Shown in pieces: positions 29,832 through 38,028 of a DNA stretch of 64,000 nt. Source of the stretch: Actinomycetes bacterium (lineage in GTDB: Bacteria > Actinomycetota > Actinomycetes > S36-B12 > UBA5976). Each line of letters opens with the position of its first letter. Position 1 is the stretch's first letter. A model generated the notes under the pieces. That model did no database searches, was not told the origin of the DNA, and was given only the letters and a program-made list of their open reading frames with translations. The DNA lies in assembly GCA_037619625.1 (NCBI GenBank), contig JASJMK010000049.1, positions 6,995 through 70,994 on the forward strand, in the 5' to 3' direction. The translations under genes and the position numbers were made by a program.

Positions 29832-30730
29832 GCCTTAATCCATTGGTTTGGCTGGAGACTTTAGTCAGTTGGGTTTTAGTAAGTTTTCACTCGCTAACTT
29901 CTTCGGCTTTCGATGCAGACAGTGGCTGGGCCTGGGGACTAGCTATCGTTTTACTCGTTATTTTAATTCGGATTATTCTGATTCCGCTTTTCGTTAAGCA
30001 AATCAAAAGTCAGCGAAACTTGCAGATAATTCAACCGCAAGTAAAAGAAATTCAAAAGAAGTACGCAGGGGATCGAGAGCGGCAATCCCAAGAACTAATG
30101 AAGCTTTATAAAGAAACTGGAACAAACCCACTCTCGAGCTGTTTACCAATTTTGGCGCAAGCGCCAATTTTTTACGCGCTGTTTATAGTGCTGCAAGGCA
30201 TTGCGCAGAGTCGGCCAAAAGGCGTGCTGACTGATCAATTAGTTGAGTCAGCTAGAAATGCCACGATTCTCAATGCGCCAATTTATGGCACACTCATGAA
30301 TCGCGCGGAAACCGCAGCGCCAAGTTCAACGCTCGTAGTAACCGTAATTTTGATCACACTGATGACACTCACTACTTTTCTTACCCAGCGGCAACTGATT
30401 GTAAAAAATACCGCCCCTGATAACCCAATGGTGAAACAGCAAAAGATCTTGCTTTATGTTTTCCCAGTAATTTTTGCGGTAACCGGTATTAACTTCCCAA
30501 TTGGTGTTTTGCTGTACTGGTTTACGACCAACCTTTGGACTATGGGACAGCAGTTCTATGTAATTCGCAACAGTCCACAGCCGGGGACCCCAGCTTTTGA
30601 GGCCCTGGAAGCTCGCCGAGCCAGCAAAAAGGCGGGTCAAAACCCGCAGCCAGATTTGGAAATTGAGCCGCTGCCAGAAGTTAAAGCCATCCGGCAACAG
30701 CCAAAAAAGAAGCCAAAAAAGAAGCGTTGA
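29828..30730 (+). CDS. yidC: Membrane protein insertase YidC
   Basis: Short Gram-positive-type YidC (PLFVKQIKSQRNLQIIQPQVKEIQKKY, NPLSSCLPILAQAPIFYAL) with a basic C-terminal tail. Confidence 0.95.
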   Translation: MSLNPLVWLETLVSWVLVSFHSLTSSAFDADSGWAWGLAIVLLVILIRIILIPLFVKQIKSQRNLQIIQPQVKEIQKKYAGDRERQSQELMKLYKETGTNPLSSCLPILAQAPIFYALFIVLQGIAQSRPKGVLTDQLVESARNATILNAPIYGTLMNRAETAAPSSTLVVTVILITLMTLTTFLTQRQLIVKNTAPDNPMVKQQKILLYVFPVIFAVTGINFPIGVLLYWFTTNLWTMGQQFYVIRNSPQPGTPAFEALEARRASKKAGQNPQPDLEIEPLPEVKAIRQQPKKKPKKKR

Positions 30731-30731
30731 G

Positions 30732-30747
30732 CGTTTCACGTGAAACA
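30732..30747. promoter_or_regulatory. parS: parS site (15/16 match to TGTTTCACGTGAAACA)
   Basis: The sequence CGTTTCACGTGAAACA lies directly after the yidC stop codon. Confidence 0.85.
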
Positions 30748-30817
30748 TTCAAGGTTATTAAAGAATTTTTACTAAACCCTCCTAAGAAAAAATCTTCCTA
30801 CAAAGAAAGGTCATAAC

Positions 30818-31285
30818 ATGACGGAAAAACTTTCACTACTAGAGCAAGAAGGCGAAATCGCCGCAGATTACCTAGAGGCATTATTAGATATTGCTGATTT
30901 TGATGGCGACATCGATATGGATGTCGAAAATGATCGCGCCACAGTAAGTATTGTTGGCGCAGACCTTAATCAGTTAGTCGGGGAAAAAGGAGCTGTCCTA
31001 GAGGCGCTTCAGGAACTCACCCGACTTGCAGTTACTCGGGAAACGGGCGAACGATCTCGCTTAATGCTCGATATTTCTGGGTACCGCGCCGAGGTAAAAA
31101 TCAAGCTAATTGAAGTAGCTAAAACGGCAGCAGCGACAGCCCTGGAATCAGGCGAAGAAGTGGAACTAAAGCCAATGAATGCCTTTGAGCGCAAAGTTGT
31201 GCACGATGCAGTTGCGGAAGCTGGGGCGAAAAGTATTTCTAAGGGCGAAGATCCAAAGCGCCGAATTGTGGTACTCCCTGCCTAG
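30818..31285 (+). CDS. jag: Jag/KhpB-type R3H RNA-binding protein
   Basis: KH-like and R3H domains (FERKVVHDAVAE). It occupies the conserved position after yidC. Confidence 0.88.
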   Translation: MTEKLSLLEQEGEIAADYLEALLDIADFDGDIDMDVENDRATVSIVGADLNQLVGEKGAVLEALQELTRLAVTRETGERSRLMLDISGYRAEVKIKLIEVAKTAAATALESGEEVELKPMNAFERKVVHDAVAEAGAKSISKGEDPKRRIVVLPA

Positions 31286-31290
31286 TTTCA

Positions 31291-31306
31291 TGTTTCACGT
31301 GAAACA
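31291..31306. promoter_or_regulatory. parS: parS site (perfect TGTTTCACGTGAAACA)
   Basis: A perfect 16-bp palindrome between jag and rsmG. Confidence 0.92.
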
Positions 31307-31326
31307 TTTAGCGAAAGATTAAGCTC

Positions 31327-31923
31327 TTGAAACCCATAATTGAGGCATACCCAGCGGCGGCTGAAAACCTTACGCGGTTCGCTGCCTGGTTAGCTGGCGC
31401 CGGCGTGGAACGCGGATTTCTTGGCCCGCGCGAAGTTGATCGAATATGGGATCGACACATTGCGAATTGCGCAGTAGTTGAGGAATTAATCCCAGAGAAT
31501 TCCCGGGTTTTTGACATTGGAAGTGGTGCTGGGTTGCCAGGGGTAGTTTTGGCAATAGTGCGCCCAGACATTCAAATGGGGCTAATTGAGCCATTAATGC
31601 GGCGCTCACAATTTCTAGAAGAAGTAATTGCTGACTTAGGAATCACAGGCCAAGTTAAAGTGATTCGGGGTCGAGCTGAGGAACTTAAAGGACAAAGCGC
31701 TCCAGTTGTAACTGCCAGGGCCGTTGCGCCACTTGGTAAATTACTGACTTGGGCACTGCCACTAACTTCTAAAGGTGGGCAGATATTGGCCATGAAAGGG
31801 AGCTCAGCAGCGACTGAAATTGCTGATGCAGCTGATGTTTTAAAGGGGCGAAAAGCGGAAATTTTGTTATGTGGCCAAGGATTAGTTGAACCCCAGACGA
31901 CAGTAGTTCGGGTAACCACCTAG
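31327..31923 (+). CDS. rsmG: 16S rRNA (guanine527-N7)-methyltransferase RsmG
   Basis: SAM-binding motif DIGSGAGLPG, plus WDRHIANC. It uses a TTG start. Confidence 0.93.
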   Translation: MKPIIEAYPAAAENLTRFAAWLAGAGVERGFLGPREVDRIWDRHIANCAVVEELIPENSRVFDIGSGAGLPGVVLAIVRPDIQMGLIEPLMRRSQFLEEVIADLGITGQVKVIRGRAEELKGQSAPVVTARAVAPLGKLLTWALPLTSKGGQILAMKGSSAATEIADAADVLKGRKAEILLCGQGLVEPQTTVVRVTT

Positions 31924-31998
31924 AAGTTCCGCTTGGGTGTGCTCTACGCTTAGGACTCGGATTAATTTAATTTCTGGGCACCAATCGAGGTTGGCAAA

Positions 31999-32886
31999 AT
32001 GGCTTACGCCGAAGATGAAGACACCCCACTTGCAACAGCAGCTGCTGCTGCTGTTTATGTCCGGCGCGGGTTAAAAGGTACTTTTGCCAAGCCAAAATCA
32101 ACTCGAATTATCACTATTGTCAATCAAAAAGGTGGTGTTGGTAAGACCACCTCGGCCGTAAATTTAGCCGCCGCAATGGGATTAGCTGGGCTAAATGTCC
32201 TGGTAATTGACCTTGATCCACAAGGAAATGCCAGCACTGCCTTTGGTATCGATCATTATGAAGATGCCAGCGGATCCTTTGACGTTTTGCTTGATGGCGC
32301 CCCAATCGCAAATATGATGACGCAAGCTCAAGGCTTTGACTCCCTTTGGGTTTTACCGGCCACCCTGGACTTAGCTGGCGCAGATATTGAACTTATTACG
32401 ACGGTAACTGAGGCTAAGCGACCATTCCTGCTAAAGACTGCGTTATCTCAATTTCTAGCTGAACATGAGATGGATTATGTATTCATCGATTGCCCGCCGA
32501 GTTTAGGACTTTTAACCATTAATGCCCTGGCAGCGGTTAAAGAGGTGCTAATTCCAATTCAATGTGAGTTTTACGCGCTTGAGGGCGTACAACAACTATT
32601 GCGCACCATCGAATTCGTGAAAGAACGAATTAATCCAGAGTTAGAAGTAAGCACTATTTTGCTCACGATGTATAACTCAACGACTAATTTATCTTCTTCA
32701 GTAGTCGAAGAAGTGCGGGGATATTTTGGGAAAAAGGTATTAGCCACCGTGATACCAAGATCTACTTACGTGGCAGAGGCACCCTCATTTGGCCAGTCAG
32801 TTATGACTTACGACCCAGGCTCAACTGGGGCGGTTGCTTACCTAGCGGCTGCTCGAGAAATCACCGAACGCAAAGCGAAGGGATAG
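31999..32886 (+). CDS. parA: Chromosome partitioning ATPase ParA (Soj)
   Basis: Deviant Walker A NQKGGVGKTT and DCPPSLG. Confidence 0.96.
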   Translation: MAYAEDEDTPLATAAAAAVYVRRGLKGTFAKPKSTRIITIVNQKGGVGKTTSAVNLAAAMGLAGLNVLVIDLDPQGNASTAFGIDHYEDASGSFDVLLDGAPIANMMTQAQGFDSLWVLPATLDLAGADIELITTVTEAKRPFLLKTALSQFLAEHEMDYVFIDCPPSLGLLTINALAAVKEVLIPIQCEFYALEGVQQLLRTIEFVKERINPELEVSTILLTMYNSTTNLSSSVVEEVRGYFGKKVLATVIPRSTYVAEAPSFGQSVMTYDPGSTGAVAYLAAAREITERKAKG

Positions 32887-32889
32887 CTA

Positions 32890-33987
32890 ATGGCTAAGCG
32901 ACAAAGTTTAGGACGTGGTCTGGGAGCACTTATTCCAGATGTTTCACGTGAAACCACGGCCAAGAAATCAGCGACTAAATCCGCCACGAAACCGGCAGTC
33001 GCGCCAGTTAAGGCAACTAAGCGAACAAGTGCGTTACCGCCAAAAAAGCCTGCAACCAAAGGCGCAATAGCGCCAAAGCCAACCACGGCAACAAGTAAAG
33101 CGGCAAATCTAAAAACCGCAGCGGAGAGCCAGCAAACACCACAGCCCAAAGCAATCGCGGGCCTAACTTTTGCCGAACTTAGTGTGCGCTCGATTATGCC
33201 AAACGCACAACAACCGCGCCAAGTTTTTGATGATGAAGCCTTGGCCGAGCTGGTTCACTCCATTAAAGAAGTTGGATTACTGCAGCCGATTGTGGTGCGC
33301 CCCGCCCCCGGTGGCCGCTACGAGCTAGTTGCTGGCGAACGCCGGTTACGAGCTACTAAAAAAGCGGGATTTAGCACCATCCCAGCCTTGATTCGCGAGA
33401 CCGCAGATGATCAAATGTTGCGAGATGCCTTACTAGAAAACTTGCACCGCGCGGCGTTAACCCCACTGGAAGAAGCAGCTGCTTACAAGCAACTCCTAGA
33501 AGATTTTGGCGGCACCCAAGAAGAGTTAGCCACCCGGCTGGGACGCTCTCGGCCACAAATATCGAACACGCTTCGCTTGCTTAATCTGCCAGTCGCGGTG
33601 CAACGCCGAGTTGCAGCTGGCGTAATTTCCGCAGGTCATGCCCGAGCATTACTCGGACTCAAGGATCAAAGTGCGATCGAACGATTGGCCAATCGCATAG
33701 TTGCCGAAGGACTGTCAGTACGAACTGTTGAAGAAATAGTTTCTTTGGGTCAAGACGATAAGCCAGCGAATAAAACTGCAAAGAAAACCGCGGGCAAGAT
33801 CAGCGCGCCTGGCCTTAAATCGATTGGGGATCGGCTTTCCGACAAACTCGACACCCGAGTTACGGTTTCACTTGGCCGAACGCGCGGCAAAGTCATTATC
33901 GAATTTGCCACGCTAGAAGATCTGCAAAGAATTGTTGATGTGATTGATCCGAAAGCTCGCGGAATGTTTGGCGAACCAGTCAAATAA
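32890..33987 (+). CDS. parB: Chromosome partitioning protein ParB (Spo0J)
   Basis: N-terminal GRGLGALIP, the ParB box GERRLRA, and an HTH (QEELATRLGRSRPQISNTL). A K/A/T/P-rich basic segment of roughly 75 aa is inserted after the N-terminal peptide. Confidence 0.96.
   Translation: MAKRQSLGRGLGALIPDVSRETTAKKSATKSATKPAVAPVKATKRTSALPPKKPATKGAIAPKPTTATSKAANLKTAAESQQTPQPKAIAGLTFAELSVRSIMPNAQQPRQVFDDEALAELVHSIKEVGLLQPIVVRPAPGGRYELVAGERRLRATKKAGFSTIPALIRETADDQMLRDALLENLHRAALTPLEEAAAYKQLLEDFGGTQEELATRLGRSRPQISNTLRLLNLPVAVQRRVAAGVISAGHARALLGLKDQSAIERLANRIVAEGLSVRTVEEIVSLGQDDKPANKTAKKTAGKISAPGLKSIGDRLSDKLDTRVTVSLGRTRGKVIIEFATLEDLQRIVDVIDPKARGMFGEPVK
32940..32955. promoter_or_regulatory. parS: parS site (15/16) embedded in parB codons 17-22
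   Basis: The sequence TGTTTCACGTGAAACC encodes (D)VSRET inside parB. Confidence 0.8.
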
Positions 33988-34022
33988 CGAACCCCATATT
34001 TACAAAGTTTGATATTGAACAA

Positions 34023-34038
34023 TGTGATGCAGGTCACA
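34023..34038. promoter_or_regulatory. Perfect CRP/GlxR-type palindrome TGTGA-N6-TCACA
   Basis: TGTGATGCAGGTCACA lies in the 59-bp gap between the convergent 3' ends of parB and cwlM. Confidence 0.45.
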
Positions 34039-34046
34039 TTTCTAAC

Positions 34047-35132
34047 TTAACCGATCCGGGGCGCCAAAATTCTTGTGATTGCCGAACTTAAACCAGCTGC
34101 GAGGCAATCTCGAACGCCTGAGTCGGATAACGCTAAACCATCTTTGGGACTTGTGGCGTAACCAAGTTCAACACGAATACTAGGCATTCTTGTTAGGCGC
34201 AAAAGATCCCAAGTTTTTGCATGGGTTCGCGCATCAGTTAACTGGGTTCGAGAACTGAGTTCCTCCTGCACAATTTCGGCCAACCTGCTGCCAGTTGCGG
34301 ACCTTGAATATTCATGTCCAAAGTAATAAGTGGCAACACCATTAGCCGCCGGATTTGTGTGTTGATCTAGACCCAAGCCAATAATCAAATCAACATTGCT
34401 TTCGTTGGCAAGTGCTGCGCGAGTTCGCTCGCCCTCAGTTGGACCATTCTTTGGCCTAGTGAGAAGCACCAAAGTTCCCATGGCAGCTAAGCGACCCTCC
34501 AGTCGTGATGCGATATCCCAACAAATGTCAGCATGGGAAAGCTCGCTGCCAAAAATGTGAGTAGCCAAATCACTTGGGTCAAGCAAAATTGAACAGGTTT
34601 CTACAGTTCGGGATTTCCCAAAATTCGCCACAGTAGAAATCTCTCGAAGATGCTCTTGGCTACCACCAGAAATAGTTCTAGCTAACCGATGATAGGCGCG
34701 AAAGAATTGCGGGCCACATATACCGTCGACATCAAGGCCAACATTTCGCTGGAACTCGCGTACTGCGCCATCGGTAGCTTTACTAAAAATTCCATCAACT
34801 CGATCAAGTGCAAAACCTAATTCAATAAGTCGTTGTTGTAATTGTGCAACATCTTCACCGTGTATCAGATGACCTGGTGTAAAACTTAAAACTCGATCGC
34901 CAACTCCCCAACGAGCTTCTTCAAGCCTGCGAAAAGTTTGCGGTCCAACTAAGCCATCAACAGTTAGGCCACGACTCTGTTGAAAATAACGCAGCGCAGC
35001 TAACAAGATGTCATCAAAAACATCCGCAGCTGCGCTGACGTTAGAACTTAAAAGTCCTAGGCGGACTAACCGATCCCGGACCTCCATAACGCCAGGTCCT
35101 TGATCACCGATCCGCAGGATCGAAACGCTCAT
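34047..35132 (-). CDS. cwlM: CwlM-type N-acetylmuramoyl-L-alanine amidase homologue (two PG-binding repeats plus an amidase_3 domain)
   Basis: Two PG_binding_1 repeats (FQQSRGLTVDGLVGPQT and FQRNVGLDVDGICGPQ) followed by an Amidase_3-like domain. Synteny with trxA/trxB matches Rv3915. Confidence 0.88.
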   Translation of the reverse strand: MSVSILRIGDQGPGVMEVRDRLVRLGLLSSNVSAAADVFDDILLAALRYFQQSRGLTVDGLVGPQTFRRLEEARWGVGDRVLSFTPGHLIHGEDVAQLQQRLIELGFALDRVDGIFSKATDGAVREFQRNVGLDVDGICGPQFFRAYHRLARTISGGSQEHLREISTVANFGKSRTVETCSILLDPSDLATHIFGSELSHADICWDIASRLEGRLAAMGTLVLLTRPKNGPTEGERTRAALANESNVDLIIGLGLDQHTNPAANGVATYYFGHEYSRSATGSRLAEIVQEELSSRTQLTDARTHAKTWDLLRLTRMPSIRVELGYATSPKDGLALSDSGVRDCLAAGLSSAITRILAPRIG

Positions 35133-35139
35133 ATGAGAC

Positions 35140-35463
35140 TTAAATGTATTCAGCTAAATCTGATAGCAAAGCAGCTTTTGGCTTTGCGCCAATAATCTGC
35201 TTAACAACTTCGCCATTTAAGTAAACATTCATCGTGGGAATCGAGGAAACACCGTAGTTCGCTGCGGTGGCTGGATTCTCATCAACATTTAGTTTCAGAA
35301 TCGTAAGTTTGTCACCGTGTGCAGCGGCTATCTCTTCCAGGATTGGACCGATCATCTTGCACGGGCCACACCATTCGGCCCAAAAATCTACCAGTACTGG
35401 CTTAGTACTCTTTAGTACGTCGTCGGAAAACGACGCATCTGTTACGGCTGCGGTAGCACCCAT
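35140..35463 (-). CDS. trxA: Thioredoxin
   Basis: Active site WCGPC. The start is set at ATG 35463 (MGATAAVTDASF...), which is preceded by the RBS AGAGGAG. The ORF-track start at 35514 is a likely over-extension. Confidence 0.95.
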   Translation of the reverse strand: MGATAAVTDASFSDDVLKSTKPVLVDFWAEWCGPCKMIGPILEEIAAAHGDKLTILKLNVDENPATAANYGVSSIPTMNVYLNGEVVKQIIGAKPKAALLSDLAEYI

Positions 35464-35529
35464 GATTACTCCTCTTTTTGCGGTTATCTTAAGCCTAAGT
35501 GGTGGGGTATCCACAACTTAGGTTATTGA

Positions 35530-36471
35530 TTATTTACTGTGCAGACTTGATAAAAAACGCTCTGCATCAAGTGCTGCGCTACACCCAGTGCCGGCAGCAG
35601 TAATTGCTTGGCGATATGTGTGATCGACCAAGTCACCACAAGCAAATACGCCAGAAAGATTTGTCTGTGTTGTTCCAGCTTTAGTCAGGACGTAGCCAGC
35701 AGGATCTAGATCTACTTGCCCCTTAAGTAGTTCCGAGCGCGGATCATGGCCGATCGCGACAAATAACCCCGTGACTGGAAGTTCACTCGTTTTACCAGAC
35801 TTGATGTCTCGAATCGTAATGCCAGATAATTTCGCATCACCATGCAAGTCAGCAACTTCACTATCCCAAATAAATTTAATTTTAGGATCATTGTGAGCTC
35901 GATCAGCCATGATTTTGCTGGCGCGAAGTTCATCCCGACGATGAATCATAGTTACGCTTTTTGCAAAACGCGTAAGAAAAGTAGCTTCTTCAACGGCGGA
36001 GTCACCACCACCGACAACAGCAATGTCTTGATCCCGGAAAAAGAAGCCATCACAAGTCGCACACCATGAGACGCCATGTCCGGACAACCGCTTTTCATTT
36101 TCTAAACCGAGTTCGCGGTAACTTGAGCCGGTCGCGAGAATAACGGCGTGCGCTTGGTGCTCTTTGCCTTCACCATCAATTACTGTCTTAACGTCTTTAG
36201 TTAAGTCGGCAACTGTTACGTCATCTGTAATTAGATTGGCGCCGAATCGAACCGCTTGCGCGCGCATATTTTCCATTAAAGCTGGTCCCATAATTCCATC
36301 TTGGAAGCCAGGGAAATTCTCTACTTCGGTGGTATTCATCAACGCACCACCGGCGGTGACAGCGCCCTCAAATACAACGGGCTGCAATTGCGCGCGAGCT
36401 GCATAGATAGCGGCGGTATAACCAGCGGGTCCAGAGCCGATAATTATTACGTCATTAATTGCTTGTGACAT
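35530..36471 (-). CDS. trxB: Thioredoxin-disulfide reductase
   Basis: FAD motif [10 protein letters not shown] and redox centre CATCDG. Confidence 0.96.
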   Translation of the reverse strand: MSQAINDVIIIGSGPAGYTAAIYAARAQLQPVVFEGAVTAGGALMNTTEVENFPGFQDGIMGPALMENMRAQAVRFGANLITDDVTVADLTKDVKTVIDGEGKEHQAHAVILATGSSYRELGLENEKRLSGHGVSWCATCDGFFFRDQDIAVVGGGDSAVEEATFLTRFAKSVTMIHRRDELRASKIMADRAHNDPKIKFIWDSEVADLHGDAKLSGITIRDIKSGKTSELPVTGLFVAIGHDPRSELLKGQVDLDPAGYVLTKAGTTQTNLSGVFACGDLVDHTYRQAITAAGTGCSAALDAERFLSSLHSK

Positions 36472-36553
36472 GAAATTCCTTAAAGAGTATTAATTAAAGT
36501 TTACTACTTTTAGTTTCAGAGATTTTTTGGCTACTTTGGTGGCAGTATGCGCC

Positions 36554-38011
36554 CTAGCGAAATACCCTTACTTCAGCTATCCCACCTTGAAATTTACCGG
36601 ACTTGGACTTTGGTAAATCTGGGGTTAGCCAGACAACTACATAGCGACCAGATGTTGGCGCATTGGGCAGGACAGAAGCGGTGTCCGCGGAGCCATCCGC
36701 TTGGCCAAATTTGGTAGCAGTTGCAAAATCGGGAGTGGTCGTATCCCCAACATAAATTTCAGCAACCTGGCCAGCAGAGGTAAATTCAAGTTCAACTTTC
36801 GTTACTAGCGTTTGCGCGCCAAGGTCAACGATTAAACCAACCCCAGATTTACCCATACTCGCTTTGCGGTAGGCCACGGTAGTCCAAGCTGTTTGGGTGT
36901 CGCCATCGATAGCAAAATCGGCTAGCTTCTCATTCTCAGTTTCATCGCCGAATGGGTCGTAAGTTGAAACACCTGAAATTTGTGCTTCTTCACCGGTCCC
37001 AGTTGGAGTAGTTATTTCGATACTTGGTAACGGGGAGCTGATACTTTCGGCCATGGAATCAGGTGTTTTAAAGTTGCTTGTTAGCAGCTGCCAACCAATC
37101 CACCCAAAAATTGCCACTGCCAACGCAGCTACTACAACAACTTTGAATCGACTCGCGCTACTTCCATCCTCTGGGTGCCAAGTTACTGAGCTGGCCGTGA
37201 ATCGGGTAACTCGCGCTTGTAAGTTTTCAACTACTTCAACTTCTCCTACCGAGAGCGCATCAATAACTTCGCGCATTGAGGAATATCCACCCGTTTGCGT
37301 GCGCCTATATATCTGATCAATTCCGCCATGAATACCGCCATGAACTTCACTTGGCAAAACTAATGCTGCGCCGCTGGTTGTTTTAGCCGCAGGCAACGAA
37401 TCTACGCTTACCAGGGGCCACATCCCAGTGACCATGACAAATAATAGATTTCCAACTCCCTTGATATCTTGTTGGACACTATTAGTTGAATCTGATCCCA
37501 TCAGGGCGCTGTCTAAACCAAAGCCGCTAAGCCGCACATTTTGACCCTCGGAAAAAATTAAGTTGTGCGGACGGAGGCGACCATGAAATATGTTCAGGGA
37601 ATGGGCGTAAGCGAGAGTATTAGCAATGATGCCAACCTGCTGTAAGGCGGTTTCAACATCAATGACGTCACCACGTTTAACTAACAACTGATCTAGCGAT
37701 TCACCATCAAGCCATTCAAAAACAATCCCGACATAAGCCTCTTGGGAATCATCTAAGTGATCTCCAGTAATAGTTCCCGAGGCAATGACATCCAAAATCG
37801 CAATTACGTCACGTCTATCATTTGCCGCCGCGCCTTGACACTCTTGCAATAACTTCACGCTGCGCAAATCAGAAGTAGGAAGTAAAACTAGAGTGACCCA
37901 GCGCTTAAGCAATAGATCCATTGCGCGCCACATGGGAGAACTCAACGAACTAGCGATTTGAACGTCTAGTTTGTATTGACCAGCAAAGATTCTCTGCCCA
38001 TCGCTACTCAT
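36554..38011 (-). CDS. Membrane-anchored pseudokinase with an extracellular discoidin/carbohydrate-binding-like domain (equivalent to the C-terminal part of M. tuberculosis MviN)
   Basis: The kinase fold is present but the catalytic residues are missing. HRD is replaced by HGR (FHGRLRPHNLIF), DFG by GFG (LSGFGLD), and VAIK by VTLV. There is a single TM helix (VVVVAALAVAIFGWIGWQLL). It lies directly downstream of murJ. Confidence 0.8.
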   Translation of the reverse strand: MSSDGQRIFAGQYKLDVQIASSLSSPMWRAMDLLLKRWVTLVLLPTSDLRSVKLLQECQGAAANDRRDVIAILDVIASGTITGDHLDDSQEAYVGIVFEWLDGESLDQLLVKRGDVIDVETALQQVGIIANTLAYAHSLNIFHGRLRPHNLIFSEGQNVRLSGFGLDSALMGSDSTNSVQQDIKGVGNLLFVMVTGMWPLVSVDSLPAAKTTSGAALVLPSEVHGGIHGGIDQIYRRTQTGGYSSMREVIDALSVGEVEVVENLQARVTRFTASSVTWHPEDGSSASRFKVVVVAALAVAIFGWIGWQLLTSNFKTPDSMAESISSPLPSIEITTPTGTGEEAQISGVSTYDPFGDETENEKLADFAIDGDTQTAWTTVAYRKASMGKSGVGLIVDLGAQTLVTKVELEFTSAGQVAEIYVGDTTTPDFATATKFGQADGSADTASVLPNAPTSGRYVVVWLTPDLPKSKSGKFQGGIAEVRVFR

Positions 38012-38028
38012 GTCGTAATTGTAGTTGG

